This document shows positions 1-8,589 of a stretch of 34,702 nt of DNA, piece after piece. Origin of the DNA: an uncultured Gammaproteobacteria bacterium (lineage in GTDB: Bacteria; Patescibacteriota; Patescibacteriia; Patescibacteriales; CAZXKB01). Location: positions 1-34,702 of the forward strand of contig CAZXKB010000029.1 in NCBI GenBank assembly GCA_964641285.1, read 5' to 3'. Each line of letters opens with the position of its first letter. Position 1 is the stretch's first letter. Position numbers and translations under genes: made by a program. The notes under the pieces are model-generated. The model saw nothing but the letters and a program-made list of their open reading frames with translations, was not told the origin of the DNA and made no database searches.

Positions 1-586
1 TCTTTATATTCTTTTGTTCTAAAAAATTTTTTACCTTTTGTAAATTTTCAATCTTAGCATAAATTACCATACCTTCTTCTTCTTTAATTATATCATCTAC
101 GCCTTTATCAATTAATTCCAATTCAAATTCTTCGCTTGGCAAATCTTTATTTTTCAGTTCTTCGCCTTTTATTCTAATTACCCCTTTTTGTTCAAAATTC
201 CACATTACTGAACCAAGAGAACCTCCATATTTAGTAAAAATATGACGGATATTAGCGGCACTACGATTCTTATTATCAGTTAAAGCTTTTATAATAAACT
301 GTGATTTGACCGGTCCAAAGCCTTCATATATTAATTCTTCAATTTGTTCTCCGCCTAATTCACCTGTACCACGCTTAATCGCCCGATCAATATTATCTTT
401 CGGCATATTAGCTGTTTTGGCTTTATCAATTGCAATCCGTAAACTAAAATTCGTTTCTGGATTTCCGCCCTTTTCTCTAGCGGTGATAGTAATAAGGTTG
501 CCTAATTTAGTAAAAATAGCCCCTCGTTTGGCGTCAGTAGTCGCTTTTTGTCTTTTAATTGTAGACCATTTAGAATGACCGGACAT
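1..586 (-). CDS. yebC: YebC/PmpR-family (TACO1-like) transcriptional regulator; C-terminal end lies outside the window
   Basis: Absent from the ORF track because it is open at the window edge. The reverse-strand ATG at 586-584 reads MSGHSKWSTIKRQKATTDAKRGAIFTKLGNLITITAREKGGNPETNFSLRIAIDKAKTANMPKDNIDRAIKRGTGE..., the hallmark YebC N-terminus. The frame stays open to base 2. Confidence 0.9.
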   Translation of the reverse strand, partial: MSGHSKWSTIKRQKATTDAKRGAIFTKLGNLITITAREKGGNPETNFSLRIAIDKAKTANMPKDNIDRAIKRGTGELGGEQIEELIYEGFGPVKSQFIIKALTDNKNRSAANIRHIFTKYGGSLGSVMWNFEQKGVIRIKGEELKNKDLPSEEFELELIDKGVDDIIKEEEGMVIYAKIENLQKVKNFLEQKNIK

Positions 587-659
587 AAAAAATAAAAATA
601 AAAATTTAATCGGTTTTAAAAAACAGGCCTTGCCTGATACGCCTTTACGATAACATGAA

Positions 660-688
660 TTGAAATATAAATCAATATCTTATATAAT
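660..688 (+). promoter_or_regulatory. sigma70-like promoter candidate for the isomerase gene
   Basis: TTGAAA (660-665), a 17-nt spacer, then TATAAT (683-688), 25 nt upstream of the ATG at 714. Chance matches are common in AT-rich DNA. Confidence 0.4.
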
Positions 689-713
689 GAAAGTGGATGA
701 ATTAAAATAGCTT

Positions 714-1787
714 ATGAACTTGGATAATCTCAAACAAATAAAAAAATTAGATCCAGGCCAAGTGACTAAATCAATTAAATTCCTTCCTGACCAAATCAGG
801 CAAGTTCTGGAAGAATCCCGCTTAATTAAAATACCAAAGGATTATAGCCGAATAACCCAGGTAGTTATTAATGGTATGGGCGGATCTAATATTGGGGTCG
901 GTATTGTCAAGTCCGCTTTTGGTGATCAAATTAAAGTACCGATAAGCATCGTGCCAGGCTATACTATACCAGCCCATGTTAATGAAAACACTCTCTATCT
1001 TATCTCTTCCTATTCCGGAACGACCGAAGAACCTTTAAGTATTTACCGGGAAGTTAAAAAACGTAACGCCAAAATTATGGGCATTACCCAGCATAGCAAA
1101 AAAAGTAAGCTGGAAAAATTAATGTTATCAGATAATATTCCTGGCTATATTTTTAAGCAAAAACAAAACCCATCAGATCAGCCGCGCTTAGGTTTAGGCT
1201 ATACTCTTTTTGGTATTGCCGTTCTTCTGGCAAAATCCGGTTTGTTTAAAATTAAAGTGAGGGAAATTGAAGATATTATTGCTAGTATGGAAATCTGGAG
1301 TCGGGAGCTTATGCCTGAAACTAAAATGAAAAATAATTGTGCTAAAAAAATTGCTGATAAATTATACGGTAAACAGCCTGTACTAATTGGGGCAGAATTC
1401 TTAATAGGTAATATCCGGGCGTTGCGTAATCAAATATGTGAAAACAGTAAAAATTTTGTTAGCTATTTAACTTTACCGGACTTAAACCACTTTGCCATGG
1501 AGGGATTATCTCATCCAGCCTCTAATAAAAAAAATTTAATTTTTTTGTTTTTCGACTCCTTACTCTATCATCCTCGTATACAAAAAAGAAGTGAATTAAC
1601 CAAGCAAATAGTTCAAAAAAACAAAATAGCAATAATCAGCCACGAATTAAAAAGTGAAAATAAAATTGCCCAAGCGTTTGAATTGCTCCAGCTCGGTACC
1701 TGGCTTAGTTACTACCTGGGTATTCTTAATAAAGTTAATCCGATAAAAATCCCCTGGGTTGACTGGTTTAAAGAACAATTAAAATAA
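714..1787 (+). CDS. Bifunctional phosphoglucose/phosphomannose isomerase family protein (SIS domain)
   Basis: 357-aa ORF. SIS-type motifs are present (INGMGGSNIG ... LISSYSGTTEE), and the length and layout are typical of the PGI/PMI family. Confidence 0.75.
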   Translation: MNLDNLKQIKKLDPGQVTKSIKFLPDQIRQVLEESRLIKIPKDYSRITQVVINGMGGSNIGVGIVKSAFGDQIKVPISIVPGYTIPAHVNENTLYLISSYSGTTEEPLSIYREVKKRNAKIMGITQHSKKSKLEKLMLSDNIPGYIFKQKQNPSDQPRLGLGYTLFGIAVLLAKSGLFKIKVREIEDIIASMEIWSRELMPETKMKNNCAKKIADKLYGKQPVLIGAEFLIGNIRALRNQICENSKNFVSYLTLPDLNHFAMEGLSHPASNKKNLIFLFFDSLLYHPRIQKRSELTKQIVQKNKIAIISHELKSENKIAQAFELLQLGTWLSYYLGILNKVNPIKIPWVDWFKEQLK

Positions 1788-1860
1788 ACTTAAGTTGACT
1801 TTTTGACTATCTTAATTTATAATTTCTTTAGTCCTAAAAAGGGACTATTTATTTTTATTT

Positions 1861-1932
1861 GCCGCCATCGTCTAGTGGTTAGGACATAAGGTTTTCATCC
1901 TTAAAACCGGGGTTCGATTCCCCGTGGCGGTA
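1861..1932 (+). tRNA. tRNA-Glu (anticodon UUC)
   Basis: Cloverleaf read by hand. Acceptor is GCCGCCA/TGGCGGT (G1-U72 wobble) and the D arm is GTCT..GGAC. The anticodon stem is TAAGG/CCTTA with loop TTTTCAT (UUC). The T arm is CGGGG-TTCGATT-CCCCG with discriminator A. No CCA is encoded. Confidence 0.88.
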
Positions 1933-1941
1933 CAAAAAATT

Positions 1942-3003
1942 ATGAAAATTTTAGGTATTGAAACCAGCTGCGATGAAACAGCGTCCGCGGTGATACAGGA
2001 ACAAAAGAATAATATTACTGTTCTATCCAATATTATTTCATCCCAAATTAATATCCATAAGAAATACGGTGGAGTTGTTCCGGAAGTAGCGGCCAGGGAG
2101 CATGTTTTGCAAATTTTACCAGTTATTAATGAGACGCTAAAAAAGGCTGGTCTCAAACGTCAAGAAGCGCCAAAAAAAATTAAAGTCATAGCCGTATCTG
2201 CTGGTCCCGGACTAATCACGTCTCTTCGGGTAGGCATAGAAACAGCTAAAATTTTGTCTTATGTATGGAAAATTCCAGCTATTGCTATTAATCATATTGA
2301 AGGTCATATTTACGCTAACTTTATTGATGATACAGATATTAAATTTCCATCCGTTATTTTAACAGTATCAGGCGGCCACACCATGTTGGTTTTAATGAAA
2401 GGACACGGCCGTTATCAAACTATTGGTGAAACCAGAGATGATGCGGCCGGCGAAGCCTTTGATAAAGCCGCCAATCTTTTAGAATTAGGTTATCCTGGCG
2501 GTCCGGCAATTGCAGCTGAAGCAAATAAATTTATAAAACGATACACTAAAACTTCAAACTTCAAACTTCAAACTTCAAATATAAAACTCCCTAGGCCGAT
2601 GATAAATTCCCCTAGCTTTGACTTCTCCTTTTCTGGTCTAAAAACAGCTCTATTGTATAAATTAAAAAAAGATAAAAATTGGCAAAAAAAATCCCCTGAA
2701 TACGCTTTCGAATTTCAACAAGCAATAATAGATGTTTTAATTAATAAAACTATTAAAGCCGCTCAAATATATAAAGCTAAAACCGTAATGCTCACCGGCG
2801 GTGTATCAGCTAATTATGAATTAAGAAAACAAATAACAAAAAATTTAAAAACTAAACTTCCAAAAATAAAATTTTTAATTCCTAACTTAAAATATACAAC
2901 TGATAATGCGGTCATGGTGGCTGTAGCTGGCTATTTTCATGCCGTAAAAAAAGATTTTACTCTTTGGCAAAAATTGAAAGCTGATTGCAATTTAAAACTA
3001 TAA
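1942..3003 (+). CDS. tsaD: tRNA N6-adenosine threonylcarbamoyltransferase TsaD
   Basis: The ORF-track start at 1924 overlaps the tRNA. The conserved N-terminus MKILGIETSCDETA begins at ATG 1942. The metal-binding INHIEGH motif, GGPAI and the C-terminal GGVSAN are present. Confidence 0.93.
   Translation: MKILGIETSCDETASAVIQEQKNNITVLSNIISSQINIHKKYGGVVPEVAAREHVLQILPVINETLKKAGLKRQEAPKKIKVIAVSAGPGLITSLRVGIETAKILSYVWKIPAIAINHIEGHIYANFIDDTDIKFPSVILTVSGGHTMLVLMKGHGRYQTIGETRDDAAGEAFDKAANLLELGYPGGPAIAAEANKFIKRYTKTSNFKLQTSNIKLPRPMINSPSFDFSFSGLKTALLYKLKKDKNWQKKSPEYAFEFQQAIIDVLINKTIKAAQIYKAKTVMLTGGVSANYELRKQITKNLKTKLPKIKFLIPNLKYTTDNAVMVAVAGYFHAVKKDFTLWQKLKADCNLKL
2551..2578 (+). repeat. Perfect heptanucleotide tandem repeat (ACTTCAA)x4 inside tsaD
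   Basis: Four contiguous exact copies at 2551-2557, 2558-2564, 2565-2571 and 2572-2578, encoding part of ...TKTSNFKLQTSNIKLP.... Confidence 0.95.
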
Positions 3004-3102
3004 TACTAGCTAATTAATAAAAAAACTCGAAAACACCACGTAAATATACTGATATTTAAATTTTAACTAATAATTTTATTAGTAATCTTATTAAATAGCA
3101 TC

Positions 3103-3138
3103 AAAAAAGAACGGGCTAATTTTTGTCCGTCCTTTTTT
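3103..3138. terminator. Bidirectional intrinsic terminator candidate between convergent tsaD and ppsA
   Basis: An A-run, then stem GAACGGGC (3109-3116) / GTCCGTCC (3125-3132) with one mismatch and one wobble, then TTTTTT (3133-3138). The T-run follows the hairpin on both strands. Confidence 0.5.
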
Positions 3139-3159
3139 ATTATATATAAATTCTCTTTA

Positions 3160-5544
3160 TTATTTTTTCTTTTCTAGACTTTTTTCCTTGGCTAGAACCG
3201 CCATGGTAGTTTTTATCACCGTATCCGGAATTAGGGAAATGCTATCTATGCCGCATTCAACTAAAAATTGGGCAAAGTCCGGGAAGTCACTCGGTGCTTG
3301 GCCGCAAATACCAACCTTGGTCTTCGTATCCCTGCCAACCTGTATTAAATATCTTATTAAAAATTTTACCGCTTCATTTTTTTCATTGGACGCGCCGGCG
3401 ACCTTAAGTATATCTCCGGCATCGCGGTCAATGCCTAAAGTCAATTGGGTTAAATCGTTGGAACCGATAGAAAAACCGTCAAATATCTCCGCAAATTTGG
3501 GTGCTAAAATAATATTGGAAGGAATTTCAGCCATAACATAAACTTCCAATCCGTTTTTGCTTTGCTTTAATCCGTTTTTAGCCATAATGGCCAGTACTTC
3601 TCTGCCTTCTTCCGCGGTGCGGCAAAAAGGAATCATTACTTTTAAATTAACTAGACCCATTTCATCCCGTACTTTCTTTAAGGCTGCACATTCTAATTCA
3701 AAGGCAGGTAGAAATTTAGGAGAATAATAACGGCTAGCTCCGCGCCAGCCGATCATAGGATTAGATTCTATCGGTTCATATTCTCTGCCTCCAATCAAAT
3801 CAGCATACTCATTGCTTTTAAAATCTGACAATCTAACAATCACATCTTTAGGGTAAAAAGCAGCCGTAATCGTGGCTACCCCTTCAGCCAGCTTGTCAAT
3901 AAAAAATTTAGTCTTGTTCTGGTAACCGATAGTAATTTGGTTAATTTTTTTCTTAACTGTTGAATTCTTAATTTTAGCATAATTAATCAAAGCCAAGGGA
4001 TGTACTTTGATATAGTTGTTAATAATAAATTCTAACCGGGCTAAGCCAATGCCGCTATTGGGAATAAAAGAGGAGGAAAAGGCTAAATCCGGTTCGCCCA
4101 AATTCATCATGATATCAGTTTTTGGTTTGGCTAAATTTTTTATATTAGTTTTTTTAACCTTAAAAGGAAGTTTGCCTTCATAAACATGCCCTACTTCGCC
4201 CTCGGCGCAACTCACCGTTACCGCTTGTCCGTTTTTTATTTTTTTTGTACCTCTATTCGTGCCCACTAAGCAAGGTATACCTAACTCCCGCGAAACAATA
4301 GCAGCATGGCAAGTTCGTCCGCCTTTGTCCGTCACAATAGCGGCGGCTATTTTCATAATCGGCTCCCAGTCTGGGTCAGTCATATCAGTAACCAGGACTT
4401 GTCCAGGCTTAAATTTTTTAATATCTTTAACGCCTAAAATTTTGTTAGTAGTTCCGGCCCCGATTTTACTGCCTACGCTTTGTCCAACAATAATAATTTT
4501 TCCTTTCCTGACTAGCTTATATTCTTCTAAAATATTATAATCGCGAATACTATGAATAGTTTCCGGCCTAGCCTGGGTTATATATAGTTGTTTTTCTTTA
4601 CCATCAAGGGCCCATTCTATATCCATGGGCCGGCCATAATGTTTTTCAATAATCATGGCCCAATCAGCTAATTTAATAACCTGAGCATCAGTGATTGATT
4701 GTTTTTGCTGGTCTACCTTCTTTACCTTTATATTTTTAACCGGTTGCATAGAACTGTTGTTGTATATCATTTTTAGATGTTTATGTTCGATTTTACGGGA
4801 AATAATAGCTCGGGTGGGTTTAAAGACATAAAATTCGTCTGGATTAACTTTGCCCTGAACTATGTTTTCGCCCAGGCCATAAATAGAATTAATTAAAACC
4901 GCATTAGTAAAACCGGATTCCGTATCAATAGTGAATATAACCCCCGAAGCAGCCAAATCAGAGCGTACCATTTTTTGGATTCCTGCCGACAAAGCAATTT
5001 TAAAATGATCAAAACCTTTATCGACCCGATAAGAAATAGCTCGGTTAGTAAACAAGGAAGTGATACAACGGCGAACGGCTAAAATAACATTTTTCTCACC
5101 ACGAATATTTAAAAAAGTTTCCTGCTGACCGGCAAAAGAAGCGTCTGGCAAGTCTTCGGCCGTAGCTGAAGAACGGACAGCGACATCAATTTCTTTTATT
5201 TTGTACACTTGGGATAATTGGTGATAAGCTTTTAAAATATCTTTTTCTAAATCTTTGGGAAATTCAGCTGACATAATTGCCTGGCGTACTTTAACTCCTC
5301 GTTTCATTAAATCAGTTACTTTATGCGTATTAAGCCCTTTTAAAATCTGCTTAATCTCTTTTTTTAGTCCTGCTTCCCCTAAAAAATAATTATAAGCGTA
5401 CGCCGTGGTGGCAAAACCGTTTGGGACATACACTCCTTGGCTGGTTAACTTCTGATACATTTCCCCCAAAGAAGCGTTTTTACCACCAACTTGCGGTACA
5501 TCCTTAATAGAAATTTGATTAAAAAACTTGATAAATTTTGACAT
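3160..5544 (-). CDS. ppsA: Phosphoenolpyruvate synthase (pyruvate, water dikinase)
   Basis: 794-aa ORF with N-terminal ATP-grasp region VGGKNASLGEM. The phospho-histidine swivel motif is GGRTCHAAIVSRELGIPCLVG, followed by a C-terminal PEP-utilising TIM barrel (GSNDLTQ). Confidence 0.93.
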   Translation of the reverse strand: MSKFIKFFNQISIKDVPQVGGKNASLGEMYQKLTSQGVYVPNGFATTAYAYNYFLGEAGLKKEIKQILKGLNTHKVTDLMKRGVKVRQAIMSAEFPKDLEKDILKAYHQLSQVYKIKEIDVAVRSSATAEDLPDASFAGQQETFLNIRGEKNVILAVRRCITSLFTNRAISYRVDKGFDHFKIALSAGIQKMVRSDLAASGVIFTIDTESGFTNAVLINSIYGLGENIVQGKVNPDEFYVFKPTRAIISRKIEHKHLKMIYNNSSMQPVKNIKVKKVDQQKQSITDAQVIKLADWAMIIEKHYGRPMDIEWALDGKEKQLYITQARPETIHSIRDYNILEEYKLVRKGKIIIVGQSVGSKIGAGTTNKILGVKDIKKFKPGQVLVTDMTDPDWEPIMKIAAAIVTDKGGRTCHAAIVSRELGIPCLVGTNRGTKKIKNGQAVTVSCAEGEVGHVYEGKLPFKVKKTNIKNLAKPKTDIMMNLGEPDLAFSSSFIPNSGIGLARLEFIINNYIKVHPLALINYAKIKNSTVKKKINQITIGYQNKTKFFIDKLAEGVATITAAFYPKDVIVRLSDFKSNEYADLIGGREYEPIESNPMIGWRGASRYYSPKFLPAFELECAALKKVRDEMGLVNLKVMIPFCRTAEEGREVLAIMAKNGLKQSKNGLEVYVMAEIPSNIILAPKFAEIFDGFSIGSNDLTQLTLGIDRDAGDILKVAGASNEKNEAVKFLIRYLIQVGRDTKTKVGICGQAPSDFPDFAQFLVECGIDSISLIPDTVIKTTMAVLAKEKSLEKKK

Positions 5545-5569
5545 AAATATAAATCCGAATCTATCCCGC

Positions 5570-5617
5570 TAAAAATGAAACGAATGCCGCTGATTGCGAA
5601 ATGCTTTACGGCATTCG
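5570..5617 (-). terminator. Hairpin plus U-tract downstream of the DUF4870 gene and upstream of ppsA (terminator or attenuator)
   Basis: On the minus strand: CGAATGCCG-(19 nt)-CGGCATTCG (9-bp stem, 5609-5617 / 5581-5589) followed by TTTCATTTTT. A second hairpin, GCCCG-AGCAGA-CGGGC (5617-5632), abuts it. Confidence 0.4.
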
Positions 5618-5664
5618 CCCGTCTGCTCGGGCAGGCAAGTAATTCGCATAATTAATATTATTTT

Positions 5665-6003
5665 TTATAAATTTATTTTTTTGCTCCAGGTATAAATATA
5701 AGGCATCTTCCACCACTCGCCATTCAGAGCTTTAATAATGCCTATAACAGATATAACCAGAAAAGCCAGCATTAATAACTGCCCGAAAACAGGAAACCAC
5801 ATTAGCAAACTGCCGATAAGTTCAAGGATAAACAAAACCAATCCTTGTTTAGCATGAAATTGGGCAAATTTGGATTTTCGTTTACCCAGTAAAGGGACTA
5901 AAAATAAAATCCAGGCGTAAGATAGGGCGGCAATAACTTTATTCTCTTCAATGTCTTTGTCTTTTCTCCCTGAAGTCGAAAATGATTTTTTTACTTCTGG
6001 CAT
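5665..6003 (-). CDS. DUF4870-like small membrane protein
   Basis: 112 aa. It has a charged N-terminus, then LSYAWILFLVPLL..SKFAQFHAKQGL and further TM segments, the pattern I associate with DUF4870. Confidence 0.6.
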   Translation of the reverse strand: MPEVKKSFSTSGRKDKDIEENKVIAALSYAWILFLVPLLGKRKSKFAQFHAKQGLVLFILELIGSLLMWFPVFGQLLMLAFLVISVIGIIKALNGEWWKMPYIYTWSKKINL

Positions 6004-6081
6004 AATTTTATAGTTTTAATAATTATTATATTATTTTATCTAATATCATCATAGCATAAAATTTGTTATAATAAAATTAAA

Positions 6082-6109
6082 TTGACAAATGAATTTAAAT
6101 ACTATAAAT
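6082..6109 (+). promoter_or_regulatory. sigma70-like promoter candidate for tRNA-Leu
   Basis: TTGACA (6082-6087), a 15-16-nt spacer, then TATAAAT (6103-6109). The tRNA 5' end at 6121 sits 12 nt downstream. Confidence 0.45.
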
Positions 6110-6120
6110 GTTATATTAAT

Positions 6121-6205
6121 GCGGACGTGGCGGAACTGGTAGACGCGCATGGTTTAGGACCATGTGGGGAAACCCGTGAGAGTTCAAGTCTCTCCGTCCG
6201 CACCA
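6121..6205 (+). tRNA. tRNA-Leu (anticodon UAG), class II with long variable arm, CCA encoded
   Basis: Acceptor is GCGGACG/CGTCCGC. The anticodon stem is CATGG/CCATG with loop TTTAGGA. The variable arm is GGGG-AAA-CCCG and the T arm is GAGAG-TTCAAGT-CTCTC. The 3' end is ACCA. Confidence 0.93.
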
Positions 6206-6222
6206 AATTAATTCTATTAACT

Positions 6223-6909
6223 ATGATTAAACAAAAATTTATTATTTCTCTAGGCGGCTCTTTAATCGTCCCGCCAACTGGTATTGATTGGAAATTCTTG
6301 AAAAAACTTCGGACCTTAATTTTAGAGCAGACAAAAAGAAACAAAAAATTCTTTATTATTACCGGCGGCGGTACTACCTGCCGCCAGTACAATGAAGCCG
6401 CAAAAAAAATTACTACTATAACATCTAATAACTTAGACTGGTTAGGTATCTATTCTTCTCATCTAAATGCTTGCTTACTTAAAGCTCTGTTTCGTAAAAC
6501 CGCTTATACGGAAATTATTAAAGACCCAACTATTCATTTTCGCACAAAGAAAAAAATTATAGTTGGCGGCGGTTGGCGACCCGGCTGGTCAACTGATTTT
6601 GTCGCTACCATAATTGCCCAAGAATATAAAATTAAAACCATTATAAATTTATCTAATATTGATCATGTTTATGACAGGGATCCGAAAAAGTACAAAGGAG
6701 CTAAAAAAATAGAGCAACTTAGTTGGCCGGATTTTAGAAAAATTGTCGGGTATAAATGGTCGCCTGGCCTTAATAAGCCGTTTGATCCCATTGCTTCGCA
6801 AAAAGCCCAAGAGCTTGGTCTACGGATAGTAATTATAAATGGCAAAAAATTAGACAATTTAAAAAAATTCTTGGCTGGGAAAAAATTCAAAGGAACAATA
6901 ATAAAATAA
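6223..6909 (+). CDS. pyrH: UMP kinase, archaeal-like (amino-acid kinase fold)
   Basis: The ORF-track start at 6082 reads through the tRNA, so the real start is ATG 6223 (MIKQKFIISLGGSLIV...). ITGGGTTCRQY and the ~228-aa length resemble archaeal-type uridylate kinases. Confidence 0.7.
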   Translation: MIKQKFIISLGGSLIVPPTGIDWKFLKKLRTLILEQTKRNKKFFIITGGGTTCRQYNEAAKKITTITSNNLDWLGIYSSHLNACLLKALFRKTAYTEIIKDPTIHFRTKKKIIVGGGWRPGWSTDFVATIIAQEYKIKTIINLSNIDHVYDRDPKKYKGAKKIEQLSWPDFRKIVGYKWSPGLNKPFDPIASQKAQELGLRIVIINGKKLDNLKKFLAGKKFKGTIIK

Positions 6910-6933
6910 AAAAGTAATTAGTTTTTTAATTAA

Positions 6934-6964
6934 ATCGCTTAAATTTTTTAGCGGTTTTTATTTT
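6934..6964 (+). terminator. Weak intrinsic terminator candidate after pyrH
   Basis: Stem ATCGCT (6934-6939) / AGCGGT (6950-6955) with one G-U wobble, followed by TTTTTATTTT. Confidence 0.3.
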
Positions 6965-6965
6965 G

Positions 6966-6974
6966 TGCTATAAT
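6966..6974 (+). promoter_or_regulatory. Extended -10 promoter candidate for comM
   Basis: TGcTATAAT (TG at 6966-6967, TATAAT at 6969-6974), 44 nt upstream of ATG 7018. Confidence 0.35.
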
Positions 6975-7017
6975 AAAATTTAGAACTTAATAATTAGATA
7001 TTAGAAAGTTTACTAAT

Positions 7018-8538
7018 ATGTCTTCAAAGGTATTATCTGCGGCTGTCATTGGCCTGGATGCCGAAATTGTAGAAGTAGAAGCAGATACCGGCGGCGGGGA
7101 GCATGGCATATTTACCATTGTCGGTTTGCCTGATGCCGCGGTGTCAGAGTCGCGAGAAAGAGTGCGCAGCGCCATTAAAAATTCTGATTTTTATTTCCCC
7201 AAAATTAAAGTAACTGTTAATCTGGCGCCTGCTGACTTAAAAAAACATGGACCGAGCTATGACTTGCCGATTGCAATTAGTGTTTTAGTCACTACTGATA
7301 AAATCAACATCCTGAAACCGCTGGAAAAAATGTTATTTGTAGGAGAACTGGCTTTGAATGGAGACGTAAGACCGGTTAACGGCATTTTGCCTATTGCCCT
7401 GAAGGCGCAAAAAGAAAATATAAAAACTTTATTCGTGCCTAAATTAAATGCCCAAGAAGCTAAATTGGTAAAAACGTTGGAGGTAGCGCCAGTTGACAGC
7501 TTAAAACAACTAACCGAACATCTAGAAGGTAAGGCTGTAATTAAACTAATGCCAACCAGCGACTTTGATTTTTCCAATATAAAAATTTTACACGACATGG
7601 CTTATATTAAAGGGCAGGAACACGTAAAACGGGCTATGGAAATTTCTGCGGCTGGCGCTCATAATATGCTTATGAGTGGCCCGCCAGGAGCAGGAAAAAC
7701 ATTAATTGCCCGCACTATGCCCTCTATCCTGCCTAATTTAACCTTGGAAGAAGCTTTGGAATTAACCAAGATTTACAGCGTAGCCGGATATCTACCGCCA
7801 GACATCGCTTTGATAACCAGCCGCCCTTTTCGTTCGCCCCACCATACCGCTTCGGGCGTAGCTTTGGTCGGCGGTGGTACCTGGCCCCGGCCTGGTGAAA
7901 TATCAATGGCTCACCGTGGTGTCCTGTTTTTAGATGAATTTCCGGAATTCCCACGCCAAGTCTTGGAAAATTTACGCCAGCCGTTAGAAGATGGGGTAAT
8001 TCATGTCAGCCGAGCCGCCGGAAATTTAAGCTTCCCGGCTAAATTTATTCTTATTTCCGCTATGAACCCCTGCCCTTGCGGCTATTATGGCGATAAGGAA
8101 AAAAATTGTACTTGTTCAGTGGCTCAAATTATTAACTATCGAAAAAAAATATCAGGCCCGATTCTTGACCGCATAGATCTCCACCTGGAGGTGCCCAGGA
8201 TAAAATTTGATAAATTATCTTCTGAAACTTTAAGTGAAAAATCTAAAATTATTAAAAACAGGGTGCAGGCGGCAAGACAAATTCAACAACTAAGATTTAA
8301 AAATGCGCCCTTTATAACCAACTCGGAAATGACCTCTGAAGCAGTTAAAAACTTTTGTCAAGTTGATAATACTTCAAAGCAACTTCTTAAAAATGCCGTA
8401 GACCAGATGCATTTGTCGGCTCGAGCTTATTTTCGCATCCTAAAAATAGCACGCACTATCGCTGATTTAGCCGGTATGGAAAAAATTTTACCGGCCCATA
8501 TAGCCGAATCCCTGCAATACCGGCCGAAGGTGGAGTAA
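7018..8538 (+). CDS. comM: YifB/ComM-family Mg-chelatase-like AAA+ ATPase
   Basis: 506 aa. It has an N-terminal Lon-protease-like domain (GLPDAAVSESRERV), Walker A (GPPGAGKT), Walker B (VLFLDEF) and the Cys cluster CPCGYYGDKEKNCTCS typical of the family. Confidence 0.9.
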   Translation: MSSKVLSAAVIGLDAEIVEVEADTGGGEHGIFTIVGLPDAAVSESRERVRSAIKNSDFYFPKIKVTVNLAPADLKKHGPSYDLPIAISVLVTTDKINILKPLEKMLFVGELALNGDVRPVNGILPIALKAQKENIKTLFVPKLNAQEAKLVKTLEVAPVDSLKQLTEHLEGKAVIKLMPTSDFDFSNIKILHDMAYIKGQEHVKRAMEISAAGAHNMLMSGPPGAGKTLIARTMPSILPNLTLEEALELTKIYSVAGYLPPDIALITSRPFRSPHHTASGVALVGGGTWPRPGEISMAHRGVLFLDEFPEFPRQVLENLRQPLEDGVIHVSRAAGNLSFPAKFILISAMNPCPCGYYGDKEKNCTCSVAQIINYRKKISGPILDRIDLHLEVPRIKFDKLSSETLSEKSKIIKNRVQAARQIQQLRFKNAPFITNSEMTSEAVKNFCQVDNTSKQLLKNAVDQMHLSARAYFRILKIARTIADLAGMEKILPAHIAESLQYRPKVE

Positions 8539-8589
8539 TGAATAAGTTCATGTTATAATAATAATATAATAAAGATTAAAAAATTTATT

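Noticed and set aside
306-578. Plus-strand 90-aa ORF
   Set aside because: It is antisense to the clearly recognisable yebC coding sequence.
1872-2156. Minus-strand 94-aa ORF, and the 1924 start of the tsaD ORF
   Set aside because: Both overlap tRNA-Glu. The minus ORF is antisense to tsaD. The canonical TsaD N-terminus MKILGIETSCDET begins at 1942.
3188-4540. Plus-strand ORFs 3188..3541 and 4259..4540
   Set aside because: They are antisense within ppsA and show no motifs or RBS.
6082-6222. N-terminal 47 codons of the track ORF 6082..6909
   Set aside because: This stretch reads straight through tRNA-Leu (6121-6205). The conserved kinase N-terminus starts at ATG 6223.
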